64,000 bases of DNA from Phoronis australis (lineage: Eukaryota > Animalia > Phoronida): positions 221,463 to 285,462 of the forward strand of contig NMRA01000043.1 of assembly GCA_002633005.1 (NCBI GenBank), written 5' to 3'. Under the pieces are notes generated by a model, which had not been told where the DNA came from, did no database searches, and saw only the letters and a list, made by a program, of their open reading frames with translations. Of this stretch, positions 36,850 through 49,109 are shown piece after piece. The position numbers and the translations under genes are program-made. Numbering within the stretch: the stretch's first letter is position 1; each line of letters begins with the position of its first letter.

Positions 36850-37215
36850 AGGCCCTTTCATATTGACTTAACTCCGGTCTGAGCGGAGCGTCAACGTAAA
36901 CAGCACAGTTAACTGGACCGTTCATACTGTCTTCAGTAGTTAATGAACATCAAAGTAAATGGTTGGTGACGCTGTTGTCATCGAAGTTATCGCAAGGTAG
37001 CGCTGCACGCTAAGATTTTTTCAATGAGACAATTTGAGAACCTTTACATGTGCTAAATGACATTAAACTTATTTTTAAATGGATTAGTAGAGCAAAACAT
37101 GAGCAGCTATTAGTGACGACGTTACCCTATAACTCTTGACGATAACAGTGGCACCTAGCGATAACTTCGATTGGACTGAAGTTAAGCGTTCATACTGCAC
37201 CGCAGCGTCGATTCT
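36850..37215. mobile_element. Harbinger-like MITE fragment
   Basis: TAA|AGGCCCTTTCATATTG terminus; its distal part is the reverse complement of ~18870-19060. Confidence 0.5.
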
Positions 37216-37469
37216 TAACATTTGGATCAAGTCCACAGTCTAGTGCTATATGCCGGAAACACATTCATATCCACAGTCTAGTGCTATATGCCTGAAACAC
37301 ATTCATATTCGTTATTTGTCTGAAATTAAAAACCGGACGATTGCCACACAAATGAAAAAGTTCATGTTCACTCTATAAAAACAATTACTACGGTTTTAAA
37401 TCGACATGTTTCTGTGTCTGTGTTTCATCACTTGTTGCTGGACCTAGCTGGGTGGCCATTATATACTCT

Positions 37470-37514
37470 CTTCTGATGATGGTGTTTGAATAAATGACTC
37501 CGAAACATGTCAAG
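37470..37514 (+). ncRNA. Minimal type I hammerhead ribozyme (Penelope pLTR-type)
   Basis: CTT CTGATGA T GGTGTT-loop-GACTCC GAAA CATGTC AAG: intact core, palindromic stem III ACATGT and GTC cleavage triplet. An inverted partial copy lies at 37377-37412. Confidence 0.7.
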
Positions 37515-40189
37515 TCGATTTAAAACTGTAGTTGTTTTTAATAATATATGCTGCTACTTGCTATCATGGAGATCATGTTCAATCAACATTTCGTCTATTC
37601 ATTAGACATCATCTGGATCATATTTACAAAGGACAGCAAGTCCGACACACAGCTGAGGTAACATCCATAAAGTGAAGTGAGAGATACAGGGAATATAGTC
37701 ACCATAGTTATCTGAAATTTCATCTGATTTAATGGAATGTCTTTAATTATTTTCTGTTGACATAGACTCGTGAACGTGAACTTTGTGCCAGAGGTACTGG
37801 ACGATTAATGCAATTGTCTGTTTTTGTCTTCGCAGGAAAATATGTTGGCAACCGTCCAATCAAGCTCAGGAAGAGTACCTGGAAGGACCGAAATGCTGAC
37901 ATTGTCAAGAAAAAGGAAAAGGAGAAAAAACGATTGGGTTTCAAATAATCGTTCTTTATTCAGTACAGAGCTGGTTTGCCGACACCGTGTGGTGCTTAAA
38001 AGAGTACTAAACACTGTTTGGATGATTTCAACCTCGTACTGTCACCTGCTAATGCATGTTGGCGTCTCACTTGAGTGGTGAAAACACAGCATTCAACTAA
38101 AAGCTTATACTCACCATTATCACATATTAGATATTATGGTTCTTAATGGCTGGTCTTTTCCTACAATTGTCGTGTAACTCACTTAAAGCGTAGGTCACGC
38201 TTTGCCAGTTGTGCAGACTTTGTAAGGAATTTTTTATTTTCCTCGGAATTATTTGAGGGTTGTCGTGATTATTATCTAGTTACAGAGAACCAGATGGGAA
38301 TGTCGTTTTCAGATTTTCAAATCTTTAAATATGCCAAAACTGGGTTTAGTATCTGTTTAAATAAAATATAAAAAGTAGAGGTATTAAATTTACAATTTTG
38401 TCTCCTAAAAAGTATTAACCTCTAACAAGTATTTTCACCGCATGATGGTTAACACTACAGGTTTTCATCCTCTGTATTTAAGGTATGGTCGTCATTGTTC
38501 GTACAGATAAGTGACTTGTTACAAGGCTTGGAATTGTCCACAGAAACGCGGATTTCCATTTTTTTTCTTTTATTCGATCCACATATTTTTGTTTTATTTC
38601 TGCGGAAAATCGGGATTTGCCATAAAATTATCGCAGTAAATTGGTTTCTCTCTGCGGCGTTGCTGACGACTCGAAAAGCGGAAACTGCTCTTTATGTTTC
38701 AGAGGAACGAAAATTGTATAATTTCGGATCACAACCGCTCGAATTTGCCGACGACTCGTAACCATATATATAAGAAACATGTTTTCTTAGTTGTGAGTGA
38801 CGTCATTGGCAATCGAGGAACAGACAAATTCAAGTGCCTGTGCCTGGGATAGCTTGGTTCAACAATGGCGTCTGCATTTGGTGTGAAGTTGCAGTGACAA
38901 ATAGTGCAATTCTGCGGTCAAAAATGCGTGGAGCGTGGAGTTGACTGAACATTTCGTGGTAAAAGTGGATAAAAGAAACGGTCAATGTCTTCACAAACCA
39001 AGGTTTGTGCTCTGTAAACTTTGAGAGAGGAACAATTACGGAATGCGTGGTCGAGTCGCCTTGGACTAAGTTGGAGTCAGAGGACTGACTGAAAACGATG
39101 AAACGCTAGAAATAACAACTCTTCCTGAAAGGAAATTCAACCGTAACCGGTTACTTGTTGGATTGGAATCGTGGAATGTGAGTGATGTATGAAATTCTTT
39201 TGTTTGATCCCGCATGCATGCCCGTTGCTGTTGGCTGCTAGTGCTAGGCCTGACCGCCTGAGTGCGATTTTCTACGTGCCGCTGAAATGGGACACAAAGT
39301 GCTATTTTCGTTACTGCAAATGTGTTTTAAATTGCCTTTTATGTATTTCAATTTATTTTGCCATTTTTCGTGTTCTATGTTGTGACTCGAGTTTTGTAGT
39401 TCGAGAGAAGTGATCACGTGACAGATTCTGAATGATCTGATTGGTCTAAGCCATTGTTTACAAATTCTGCCAGTGACCTGGTAGGCCTAGTTATTTCTTG
39501 TCACGTAGTTTCTTCTACACCAGTGTGGCGTATGAACAATTAACTCATGTAATCACTGTTTGAAACTGAAAAGTTTGGCCAACTTAGGATTGTGGTTGAT
39601 GCATTATATGATTTAAAGTATGTTATTTTTTACTTTTATTTTTCCATACTAACTGTTGGGGTATGAGCCACAGGTTTTCGTCTTGACTTTTTTTCCATTT
39701 GCGTTGGAATTTAATTGCTTGTTGGAATTAAATGTGTATGTACTTCAGGCTTTCTAGATAATCTATGGATCTATTTTCAATTTTTTTTGTAATTTTGTAT
39801 CGTAATTATAAGAATTGATAGTAATTTTATAGGTCTCCCTGCAGCAAATCAAGAATAAGCTCCTGCCACTCACATTGCAAATTTTTCATCATTATCTTTA
39901 TCATTTTAATTCTAAAAAATATCTTTTGTTGCATCTAATTGCCTTCATTGTTGTTGCTGAAATAGATGTCAGGTACTGCTTAAGATGAGTGCATTTTTGC
40001 CAACACGCCACAGTAACAGGTCATCCTGTGGTACTAATGTTTACTTTCGATCTGTTGAGGTATGGTTTAGATTGAAATGTGTACTTAGCGCCGTAAAAAT
40101 TTCCTCTTTTTTGTCATGGGTCATTCCAAGCCCTGTTATTAATATTCCGATTCCTGTTTTGCTAGTCATTGGTTAGGACTGTTGAATAA

Positions 40190-40820
40190 AAACGTTATGA
40201 TGTGGTAGGCATGTGTGAAACTGTGTCTTTATCTGGGAATAGGTGTATGGCCTTTGTTATGATGTGGTAGGCATATGTGACACTGTCTTTATCTGGAACT
40301 ATGTGTATGGCCTTTGTGTGCAACAATAATGATTGAAACTTAGTTTGATTTATTTTCTCACCACTGGAGACGCTTTTAAGCAAAAATTGGTGTCAAATTG
40401 TGTTCACTGTGTGCCATTGATTGGTGTGCGTACAGAACGAAGACCTTTTACTGCTGTTTTGGAGTAATTCAAACCTCCAGCAAACTGCCAGCAAAAGTAA
40501 CCCTTGTGACTGTTACATTACTGGCGTTTTTGTTGATAGCCGAAACGCTAGCATTTTAAACAGCACGTGAACCAGGTATGAGACACTGTTTGTGAAATAA
40601 CCTGATGCTTTGGGTAAGAGCATATGGCATTTGTTGATTGACTTAGGGTTGAAAGTTTGCTGGATATTTGTCAGGTGGGATACCAAGTTTTGTTGGTTGA
40701 CTTAGGGTTGAAAGTTTGCTGTTCAGAATATTTGTCAAGTGGGATACCAAGTTTTATTGGTTGACTTACGGTTGAAAGTTTGCTGAATATTTGTCAGGGG
40801 GATACCAAGTTTTGTTGCAT
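40190..40820. repeat. Two short degenerate tandem arrays (2 x ~62 bp at 40194-40317; 3 x ~60 bp at 40630-40817)
   Basis: Repeated GTTATGATGTGGTAGGCAT... and TTGACTTAGGGTTGAAAGTTTGCTG... units. Confidence 0.85.
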
Positions 40821-41394
40821 GAGAGAGAACTCAAAAACAATGAGTTTATGTGTGGATAGAATTTTGTGTTTAAACATTAAAGTGATCCTCCAATGGATGA
40901 GGATTGAACTAAATACATAGTAAAATGTCTTATTTGTGGAAATGGTTGTCTATTTCATGGTTATAAATGATGCACTGTCTTGTAGATACAGTTGCATATG
41001 TTTCTGTTTAGTCCCTCTTTGAAGGCTTTTCCATTGTGTAGTGTAAAGTTAAATCTGTCCTTTGTTGTCATGACAACCTCTTGCAATAAATGGATTGTTT
41101 TCATGTATGTGCGGTATGGATACATATTTTGCATTTAGGACAATTTGTAGCTTTCAGCTACTAATGGATTACTAGGAAGCTGTAGTTCAACTAATTGCAG
41201 TGCCCCCTATGTTACTTTTTCTCTTACTCATAGATACTGGCTATAGGAGGCTCTAAAGCATGTTACTGCAAAGAAAGATGAAATGGTGACTTCATGCACA
41301 GATAAATGCTATTTAGGATGTATTAAGTTCCAAGCATATTCAAATATTTCAAGCTATCTCTACGCCACATATGGATAAAGACGTCAACAACAGG

Positions 41395-41755
41395 TTCTCA
41401 ACTTGCAAAACGCACATTTCAATTACTTCAACTATTCCCACTAATCGTTGCGCCACCTGCAGGCAATTCAGTGACTCTCAGGTCTTTCTTTCTCACAATG
41501 CTAGTAATACTTCAGATGGCGCCACAATTGGTAGAATTAGTTGAATAGCTCAGGCAGGATAGTTTGAGATGGCTTGGGATTAGTTGGATTCAACTAAAAT
41601 CAGCTAATTCAACTATTCCTACTAATTGCTGCGCCACCTTCGGACATGAAGATAACGTACCTGACAACGTCCACAAGCTCACAATGTTAGAGACTTCAAT
41701 CGCGAATTTCAACTAATTCAACTATTCCCACTGCTCACTGCGCCACCTGCAGGGG
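41395..41755. repeat. Degenerate direct and inverted repeats of TTCAACTATTCCCACTAAT..GCGCCACCTG
   Basis: Direct copies near 41427, 41628 and 41718 and an inverted copy near 41515-41547; probably subterminal repeats of a decayed TE. Confidence 0.7.
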
Positions 41756-41800
41756 CAGTTTGATAACAAACATGATGTCAGCAACAGGCTTGCATCAGTG

Positions 41801-42745
41801 TAGGCAATGACCATCGCCTCTGTTGGCCCGAACCAGAGGCGATGCAGAGGCTATAGGCGCTCTGTACGCCGGAAGCTTTTCGGCGAATTATGCCTCGCAC
41901 CGACTAAAACATCAAAGTCACGTTGTTATAAATACCTTTTGCGCATAGAGGAACACCTTACGAGGTTGTCGATGTGTCTTTAAAATTCATTCCAACTCGA
42001 ACAAATACTACCGTTATTAAACTTTTTCTTCGAGCAGTCCGTATTTCAGTTCCCAAAATCGTGAACTCACCATTTTCACTGGGCGCACGCCAAGAGATTT
42101 GACCTCATTCTTTTAACCCGGCTGAAGGTCAGAAATTGCGGTCTTACCGGCGAACTTTGAAAGCTAAGTCCCCGCCCTCTGCGTAAGTGCTGCCGGAAAC
42201 CAGCCGTGCATTTGCCGTTTTGTTAAACATTAAAATGTCAGATATGTGCACAAAGACTATTAAATGTCATATCAACAGCATATATTTTTATCAAATACAA
42301 ACGATAATTCATTGAAATACAATCAGTTTCAAGTAACGCCAAATAAAGACAAGTAGTGGTGGCATTTTGGAAATGAACATTTGACTGACAAGACCGCAAT
42401 GGCTCACCTTTGGCCTATTTAAAAATTGAGGTTATGAAGTCGCATCACGTAACGAGTGAGGTAAAAATTGGAGCGTGCGCAGTATAAAAATAATGAGTTC
42501 ACGATTTTGGGAACTGAAACAGGGACTGCTCGATGAAAAAGTTTGATAACGTGAGTATTTGTTCAAGTTGGAAGGAATTAAATACATCGGCAACCCCCTA
42601 AGGTGTTCCTCTATGGGCAAAAGGTATTTATAACAACGTGACTTTGATGTTTTAGTCGGTGCGAGGCATAATTTACCGAAAAGTTTCCGGCGTATGGAGC
42701 GCCTATAGGAGCTGCATCGCCATCAGAGGCGATGGTCATTGCCTA
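41801..42745. mobile_element. Long-TIR MITE (MULE-like)
   Basis: TAGGCAATGACCATCGCCTCTG ... CAGAGGCGATGGTCATTGCCTA, with TIR similarity extending ~300 bp and an imperfect 9-10-bp TSD GCATCAGTG / GCATCCGGTG. Confidence 0.8.
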
Positions 42746-42761
42746 GCATCCGGTGTTGATG

Positions 42762-43563
42762 CAGTGGCGGATCTAGGATATCACAAGGGGGGGGCCCAAC
42801 TTTTTGTCCGGCTGTAAGCATTTGCGCAAACTGAATCACGATTGTAGATGCGCATAGCACCGAATTGGGGGGAGGTCGGGAGGGGGTTTGCCCCGGCCCT
42901 CCCGCTCAGGAAATTTTTCTGTTTTTACCTCTAAAATTTTCCTTGATTCCTGAAGACAAAAGAGGCAAAAAAGAAAAAAAAAGGAGAACGTGTCGAACAG
43001 CAAAAACTGCAAAAACTGAAGACTCGAACTCACGACCTCGCGCTCAGCGCGCGCGTGCGTTACCACTACACCACCACGACTTTCTAAAACAGCTACTCAT
43101 TTATGGTCCATAGCGTTTGCGCGCGAAAGCTACTTCTTTTTGTAATGCTCATTACACGTTTTATATTTTGTGCCATCAATTTGTCGTATTTAAAATAGTC
43201 TTCAAATGGCCAAACGACCAAATCCGTTTTTCGTGTTGGCAATAATGACGGGCTTTGGAAATCGTCTTAAGATAAGGTTTGACAAAGAGAGTATTGCGAG
43301 TTTCTGAGTGATTCACTAAGGCTTCGATTAAAATTCACATCTTACCAGCAGCTTCTGTTTTTTCATCGTCACTCAGGTTCCATTTTCTTTAAAAAATGAA
43401 GCAAATTTTCTTCATTGCACAGTGGAGCAGACGACGGAAACGGAGTCGTAGTGTGCAGCGCCACTGCCGGTCGCCTGGGATATCGCGGGAGAGCCTATAG
43501 TTCCGTTACGAATGCGCCGTGTTCCGAATTTGACACTTGAAATTGGATTTGAACCCCCCCCCC
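42762..43563. mobile_element. hAT-like non-autonomous element; right end falls in the N-gap
   Basis: Starts CAGTGGCGGATCTAG...GGGGGGGCCC; a poly-C run leads into the gap. Confidence 0.6.
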
Positions 43564-45759
43564 NNNNNNNNNNNNNNNNNNNNNNNNNNNNNNNNNNNNN
43601 NNNNNNNNNNNNNNNNNNNNNNNNNNNNNNNNNNNNNNNNNNNNNNNNNNNNNNNNNNNNNNNNNNNNNNNNNNNNNNNNNNNNNNNNNNNNNNNNNNNN
43701 NNNNNNNNNNNNNNNNNNNNNNNNNNNNNNNNNNNNNNNNNNNNNNNNNNNNNNNNNNNNNNNNNNNNNNNNNNNNNNNNNNNNNNNNNNNNNNNNNNNN
43801 NNNNNNNNNNNNNNNNNNNNNNNNNNNNNNNNNNNNNNNNNNNNNNNNNNNNNNNNNNNNNNNNNNNNNNNNNNNNNNNNNNNNNNNNNNNGTAGACGCA
43901 CAACTCCCTTAGGATCAAAACTACGTTTTGTCTTTGTTTTCCCCGGCACCATTCTATCATAACCACACCTCGTTGGTTCAATGTTATGGCGAATTTGTGA
44001 ATGAAAGGACTGAGGGTATACCGAAGCTGTTCTGTACCTGGCGGGAGACTCAATTTACTTGAAAGCCCTTTAACCTTTGACCTTGGATAAGTGGTAAACA
44101 AATATCCACGCGGTTGTGCGGTTCCAAGGTGGTTCTGCTAAATCTTTTTTTTTTCTCGCTACGCAGTATATATTTCGTATTTGAAGTTCCCCGAGAATGA
44201 AGATAAGGTATTTTGCTAGACACAAGTGAAATATTGTAAAAATGGCCCATTTTTGTGAATAAGGTTGGACAATAGTATCGCACTGGACACTGAATGACCC
44301 ATGACAGACAAAGTGCACTCTGGAATGGGTCCGGCAGAAACCAAAAAAGGACCCCCAAAAATGAGCTAGCACATACATTTGAGGTACCACAAAAACCAAC
44401 TCCATGTGTCACAGATAGCTAAAACCCCTATGGCAGACAAAATACACTCTAGGTTGTGCCCGGCAGAAACCCCCAAAAATCTCAACCACGTTATGCCATC
44501 AAAAATTTGAGCTAGACTAGATTTTCGAGGTACCGGCCAAAACTGATTTTAAATGAACAATAGTACCGCACTGAACACCAAATGACCCCCGACAGACAAA
44601 CTGCACTCTGGATTTTGCCCAGCAGAAACCCCCAAAAATCTCAATCAACGGTATACCGTCAAAAATTTGAGCTAGACTAGATTTTCGAGGTACCGGCCAA
44701 AACTGATTTTAAATGAACAATAGTACCGCACTGAACACCCAATGACCCATGACAGACAAATTGCACTCTGGAATGGGTCCGGCAGAAACCAAAAATGACC
44801 CCCCCCCCAAAAAATGAGCTAGCACATACATTCGAGGTACCACACAAAACCAATCCCATGAGGTTCAATACATGTCACAGGTCACTAAATGCCCTATGAC
44901 AGGCAAAATTCACTCTGGATTGTGCCTGGCAGAAACTCTCAACCAAAGTATGTGTTATCGAAACTTTGAGGTACCCGAGGTAGCGGCTAAAACTGACTTA
45001 CAACCAATAATGGCGCCGCTCCAGATGATCCATGACAGACAACAAATTGTGCTCTGGAAAGCGTTCGACAGAAACTCAATTACACCGTAAAAGGAGCTAG
45101 GTCATCATTCGGGGTACCACAATAAACAATTTCCTGTGATTCAGATAGATGTTACTGGTTACCAAATACCCTATGACAGTTAAAACCCACTGTGGGTTGT
45201 GCTCGCCAGCCCCAGAAATCTCAACTACCGGTAAGTAATTTTGAAAATATATGACATATTAGATGAGTTTATACTTTTGCGTCTACTGAGCTCTCACAGT
45301 GGTTGTTAAATGAATGATGGTGGAGAGTAAGCATTTTGTAAAGTACCTGATAACAGTAAAACTTTGAGATTCCAGGAACTGTCTAAAAGCAACCCACTCA
45401 GTGAAGTTTAAGAACGCAGATTGTGTAAAATATCAAACGCTATCAAAACTGCCAGCAGAAAGGATATGTCAATGACAACACATGATGGCCCCTAAATTTT
45501 CGATAGATAGAGAAACCACGAAAATTATTTCCAAAGAGCCCTTTCATCCCATTAACTACTAAACAATACGTTGAAAGAAAAGTAACAGACGTGTTTTTAA
45601 AAACCTTCTTTAATCAAAATGAACTACATGAAATAGAGCAACACTTTCAAACAGCATAGAAACAGATAATTAAAATCGCTGTATCGACGAGAACATCAAG
45701 CCGCTGTACGTTTAATGTCAACAGTAGTTTCGTGTTAGTTTTAATACGCTTCAATATCA

Positions 45760-46102
45760 GATTCGTCACTGCTACTCCGGCTTGATTCGGGCTCGCTTGT
45801 TTCGTCATAGCCCAATTCCTCTACCTCTTGATCGGCTTGGTTTTCTTGTAAATGATCAGCACCTTCAAACAGCCAGGACATCAGGAACGACAGATCCACA
45901 AAACCATTCGAGAGTGTAGTATCGATTTTGTACCTTCCAACCATAGGTAAGAGGATCCAAACCGTTTCCCGGATCGGCCGAATCCCCTCGACACCAGAGT
46001 AAGGCAACATAATGGGCTCATTTGAGCTTGTTCAATAGTATCTTTCAGCAAGGAGGGAGCAATGCGCAGTCAATCTTCTTGATGTTGGACATCGGCTTTT
46101 CC
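45760..46102 (-). pseudogene. AcademX-like transposase C-terminal remnant (region after the XPG/PIN domain)
   Basis: After acceptor ATTTCAG the minus strand reads KKIDCALLPPC*KILLNKLK*AHYVALLWCRGDSADPGNGLDPLTYGWKVQNRYYTLEWFCGSVVPD, then an acidic tail. Two in-frame TGA stops are present. Confidence 0.6.
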
Positions 46103-47340
46103 TGAAATAAATAGTGAGAAAATTTTATTGACGAGGGACCAATTGTCTAAAAGCTGACGAACAAAAACATAAAACCTCGCCGCCATTTACTGTTTTTAAA
46201 GTATGACGTCAAACTGGGCCTTTTGGTTTAATAAATACTATGAAAACATTTGAAATTATTTTCGTTGCTTTTATGAACTATATTTTATCAATAACAGTTA
46301 TTACCTTGTTTATTTTTCCGGTCATCTCGATTGATTTCAGATATCTCGCTTCATTGACATCTTTGACTCCTCCCTTCACGAAATAGGAGGCATATGTATT
46401 CTTCTAACTTTCTTTCGTCCGGGACATATACGCTTATTAAGAGTGACTCCATATAAAAACCAACAGGTAGAGTCTATAGCCAAAATCACCGATTTATTGA
46501 AATTTAGCACATGAGTTTGGTTTGTTGAGATGTAGAAAAACCTCACTTTTAAAGAATTTTCATTCATTATTTTTCTTTTTATGACCTGTACCTCCATTTT
46601 GCAACAAAATTGGGCGTCGAAGTAGGCATGTTTGAATGCATTTTACTAGCATGTGTGGTAAGGACAAAACAAATGAATAATACGAATTGAAAGGGCAATG
46701 ACTGAATAATTTAATGGCATAACTTTCAAAATCCATTTTTAAATTTGTACGTTTTGACTTTGTGAGGCAAAAACGGCTATTTTTCAGGTTTTCACTGAAG
46801 CCATTTTCGGCCAAATTTGGCACTCTGTAGCAGCCATAACGCAGCTTTCCTGAAATTGACTTTATAATAAGTTGTTTAGTGATTCCTAACCTGTTCATAA
46901 TCTAAAGAGAAAAGGCAGACAGCATTATTAATTACCATTCTATGAAAACGGCATTGATGATCATTGCTTATTACATAAAATATGTAACGTAAATCAACTG
47001 GCATGCGTGGTTCTAAATGATAGATGGCGCTGTTTTTGTTTACGTAGAGACTGAAGACGCATCTAGAATAAGAGCAGTAACACGAGGACCTTGCTATAAT
47101 TCAAGACTTCGCGAGATATTGCCCTGCATTTTAAATGAGAACACGTGGTTTTGGATAAATTTTAGAGAGGTTCTAGTGTTACTGAACTCACCCCTGCCTT
47201 GTTTTCTATCTGCCTTGTTCGTGCCACAGGCAAAGGAAGGCACCCAAGGTGGATATGGCCCCTTAGTGTCCAGTGCAAAAAATCCTTCAACTTGTCAATA
47301 GTCATTGTAACTTTGGGTTCATATTGTAATGTCCCTGCTG

Positions 47341-47686
47341 GTTGCTACAAATTTTAGTCGCCACCAGTCTCCAGAAATCTGGTGTTCCCCCCACACACAC
47401 CGGGCACCCTAACTGTTGTGTACAGGTCACACAATAACAGGATGTTTGGAGGTTGTTATTGTTTATGAGTTCAGTAGTTTAATTGGTATTATGTCATGCG
47501 ATTCCTGGTATAGGAAGTGTGTCATAGGTAACGCATCACATGTTGTTATGTAGTTGTGTGTATATATATTGTTATGATATGTAGAATAAATCAGTTCAGT
47601 GTTCAGTTCACTGAATTCTGTTCGTTTCACTGCGTAGTTCATGGAGTGTCTACTTTATTTGACAAAGTAAGATACACAACACTAAC
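47341..47686 (+). mobile_element. Solo-LTR-like insertion, 4-bp TSD GCTG
   Basis: Absent from Sola3 copy 1 (empty site CCTGCTGAATATT at ~17099). Contains TATAGGAAG and AATAAA; termini are GTT...AAC. Confidence 0.7.
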
Positions 47687-47899
47687 GCTGAATATTTCTG
47701 CCAGTGTGATCATCAGTGGTATAAAAAGGTACACATTCACAGTGAATAGACAATAATTCACAAGAGACAATTTTATTAATGACTCATTCATGACAGACAT
47801 GAAGTAAACAGAAGTAACGCTCTCGACTTCATATATCACACATCTTTGACTGGTATGGTACAAAACTAGGCTAAACGTTGAGCTCATTTACCACTTCAT

Positions 47900-49109
47900 T
47901 CAGTAAATCTGACGATATAACAGCATCTTCAGCAGAAATTGCATCGTCATAAACATTGCTGCAGACAACCTCGAAAAAATCCACCAATCTGCGTAAACAC
48001 TTTACTAGTGGGTTCTCGTAATGTTTTCTCCATTTTGGCACTTCCGAGGGTGAACGTTTTTATCTGACTTATCTCCTTCATCGAATATGTTCGTCAGAAA
48101 GTTCTTAACCTTTGCTGAAAATCTTGTTGACCTTTTACCTTTTTTCAATGCCTAACCTATTGCTTCAACATTCGTCTCATCCAAATAGTACTCTGAGGCT
48201 GCCTCAAGTGACGCTCCGGTTCTGGCATCTGAAAGCATTTCTGACCACTGTCGTGCGATGTGGTCATACGTGGTTTCCCTCTATAAATGTTCAGTGTGGT
48301 TACCCACATCCAAATGCTGACCTAGTTCTGCGTCTGTAGCAAAAAATTTCGAGTAGCCTTGCTGGGTACAAGGGAACTTTTGTTGAGGCTCTTCACTAGA
48401 TAGAATGCCAACCTTAACTCTTGGTGTTGAAAATCCGCCATGTCTAGAGATGTTAGTGTATTTTAGAGAAATAGGTTTCCCATTTTCTCAGTATTTGTAA
48501 GAACTTATCGTCACCTACATGGAATGATTTCCACTCGTGAATTCCTTGGGTGGAATAGTGGGAATTTGGGAATGTGCTTATACCATGAACTGAGTATTTT
48601 GGAAAAGACTTTGTTGCATTGACTGAACATGCATACACATAACATCCCTTCACACGGCCACTGGAAAGTAATGCTTCTTCCAAATCCAGAAAGTGTATGA
48701 TATTGTTACCTTCGGCTACAACTAAGTACTTTGCATGTTGTTTGAGTGGAGCGATCTTGCGATCACAGAGATCCTTTCCATTCTGACTTTTACTAAAGTC
48801 ATATCTCGAAACAGAAATGCCGGTAGAATTTGACAAGGCTGCTACGTTCAGAAGGAGATGAGCAGAGTGGTAACATCCAGCATTACATGACTCTTCCATG
48901 ACTGGTCCTTTTCAGTCAGAAATTCACCGACTCTGGGTAGTACGAGTGCGTACTCTGGCACAGGCCTTGCTTTGTGAGGTAGTTTCCTGTATCTCAAATG
49001 TTCAGTGGTGTCTTTGACATAACTCACTCAAGCACAAAGCTTTTGTGATCGGATTTTTTGCAGAATAAACTCTAAAGGAACAAGAAGGCCCATCGACATC
49101 GTCCGCCAT
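47900..49109 (-). pseudogene. Sola3 transposase remnant
   Basis: N-terminus MADDVDGPSCSF...; catalytic region NAGCYHS...RYDFSKSQNGKDLCDRKIAPLKQH...EGNNI...EALLSSGRVKG; C-terminal TRFSAKVKNFL..F.EGDKS. Confidence 0.85.

Noticed and set aside
43412-44101. Long ORFs of 127-229 aa, and the X-rich ORFs at 55074-56281
   Set aside because: They are open only because they run through N-gaps.
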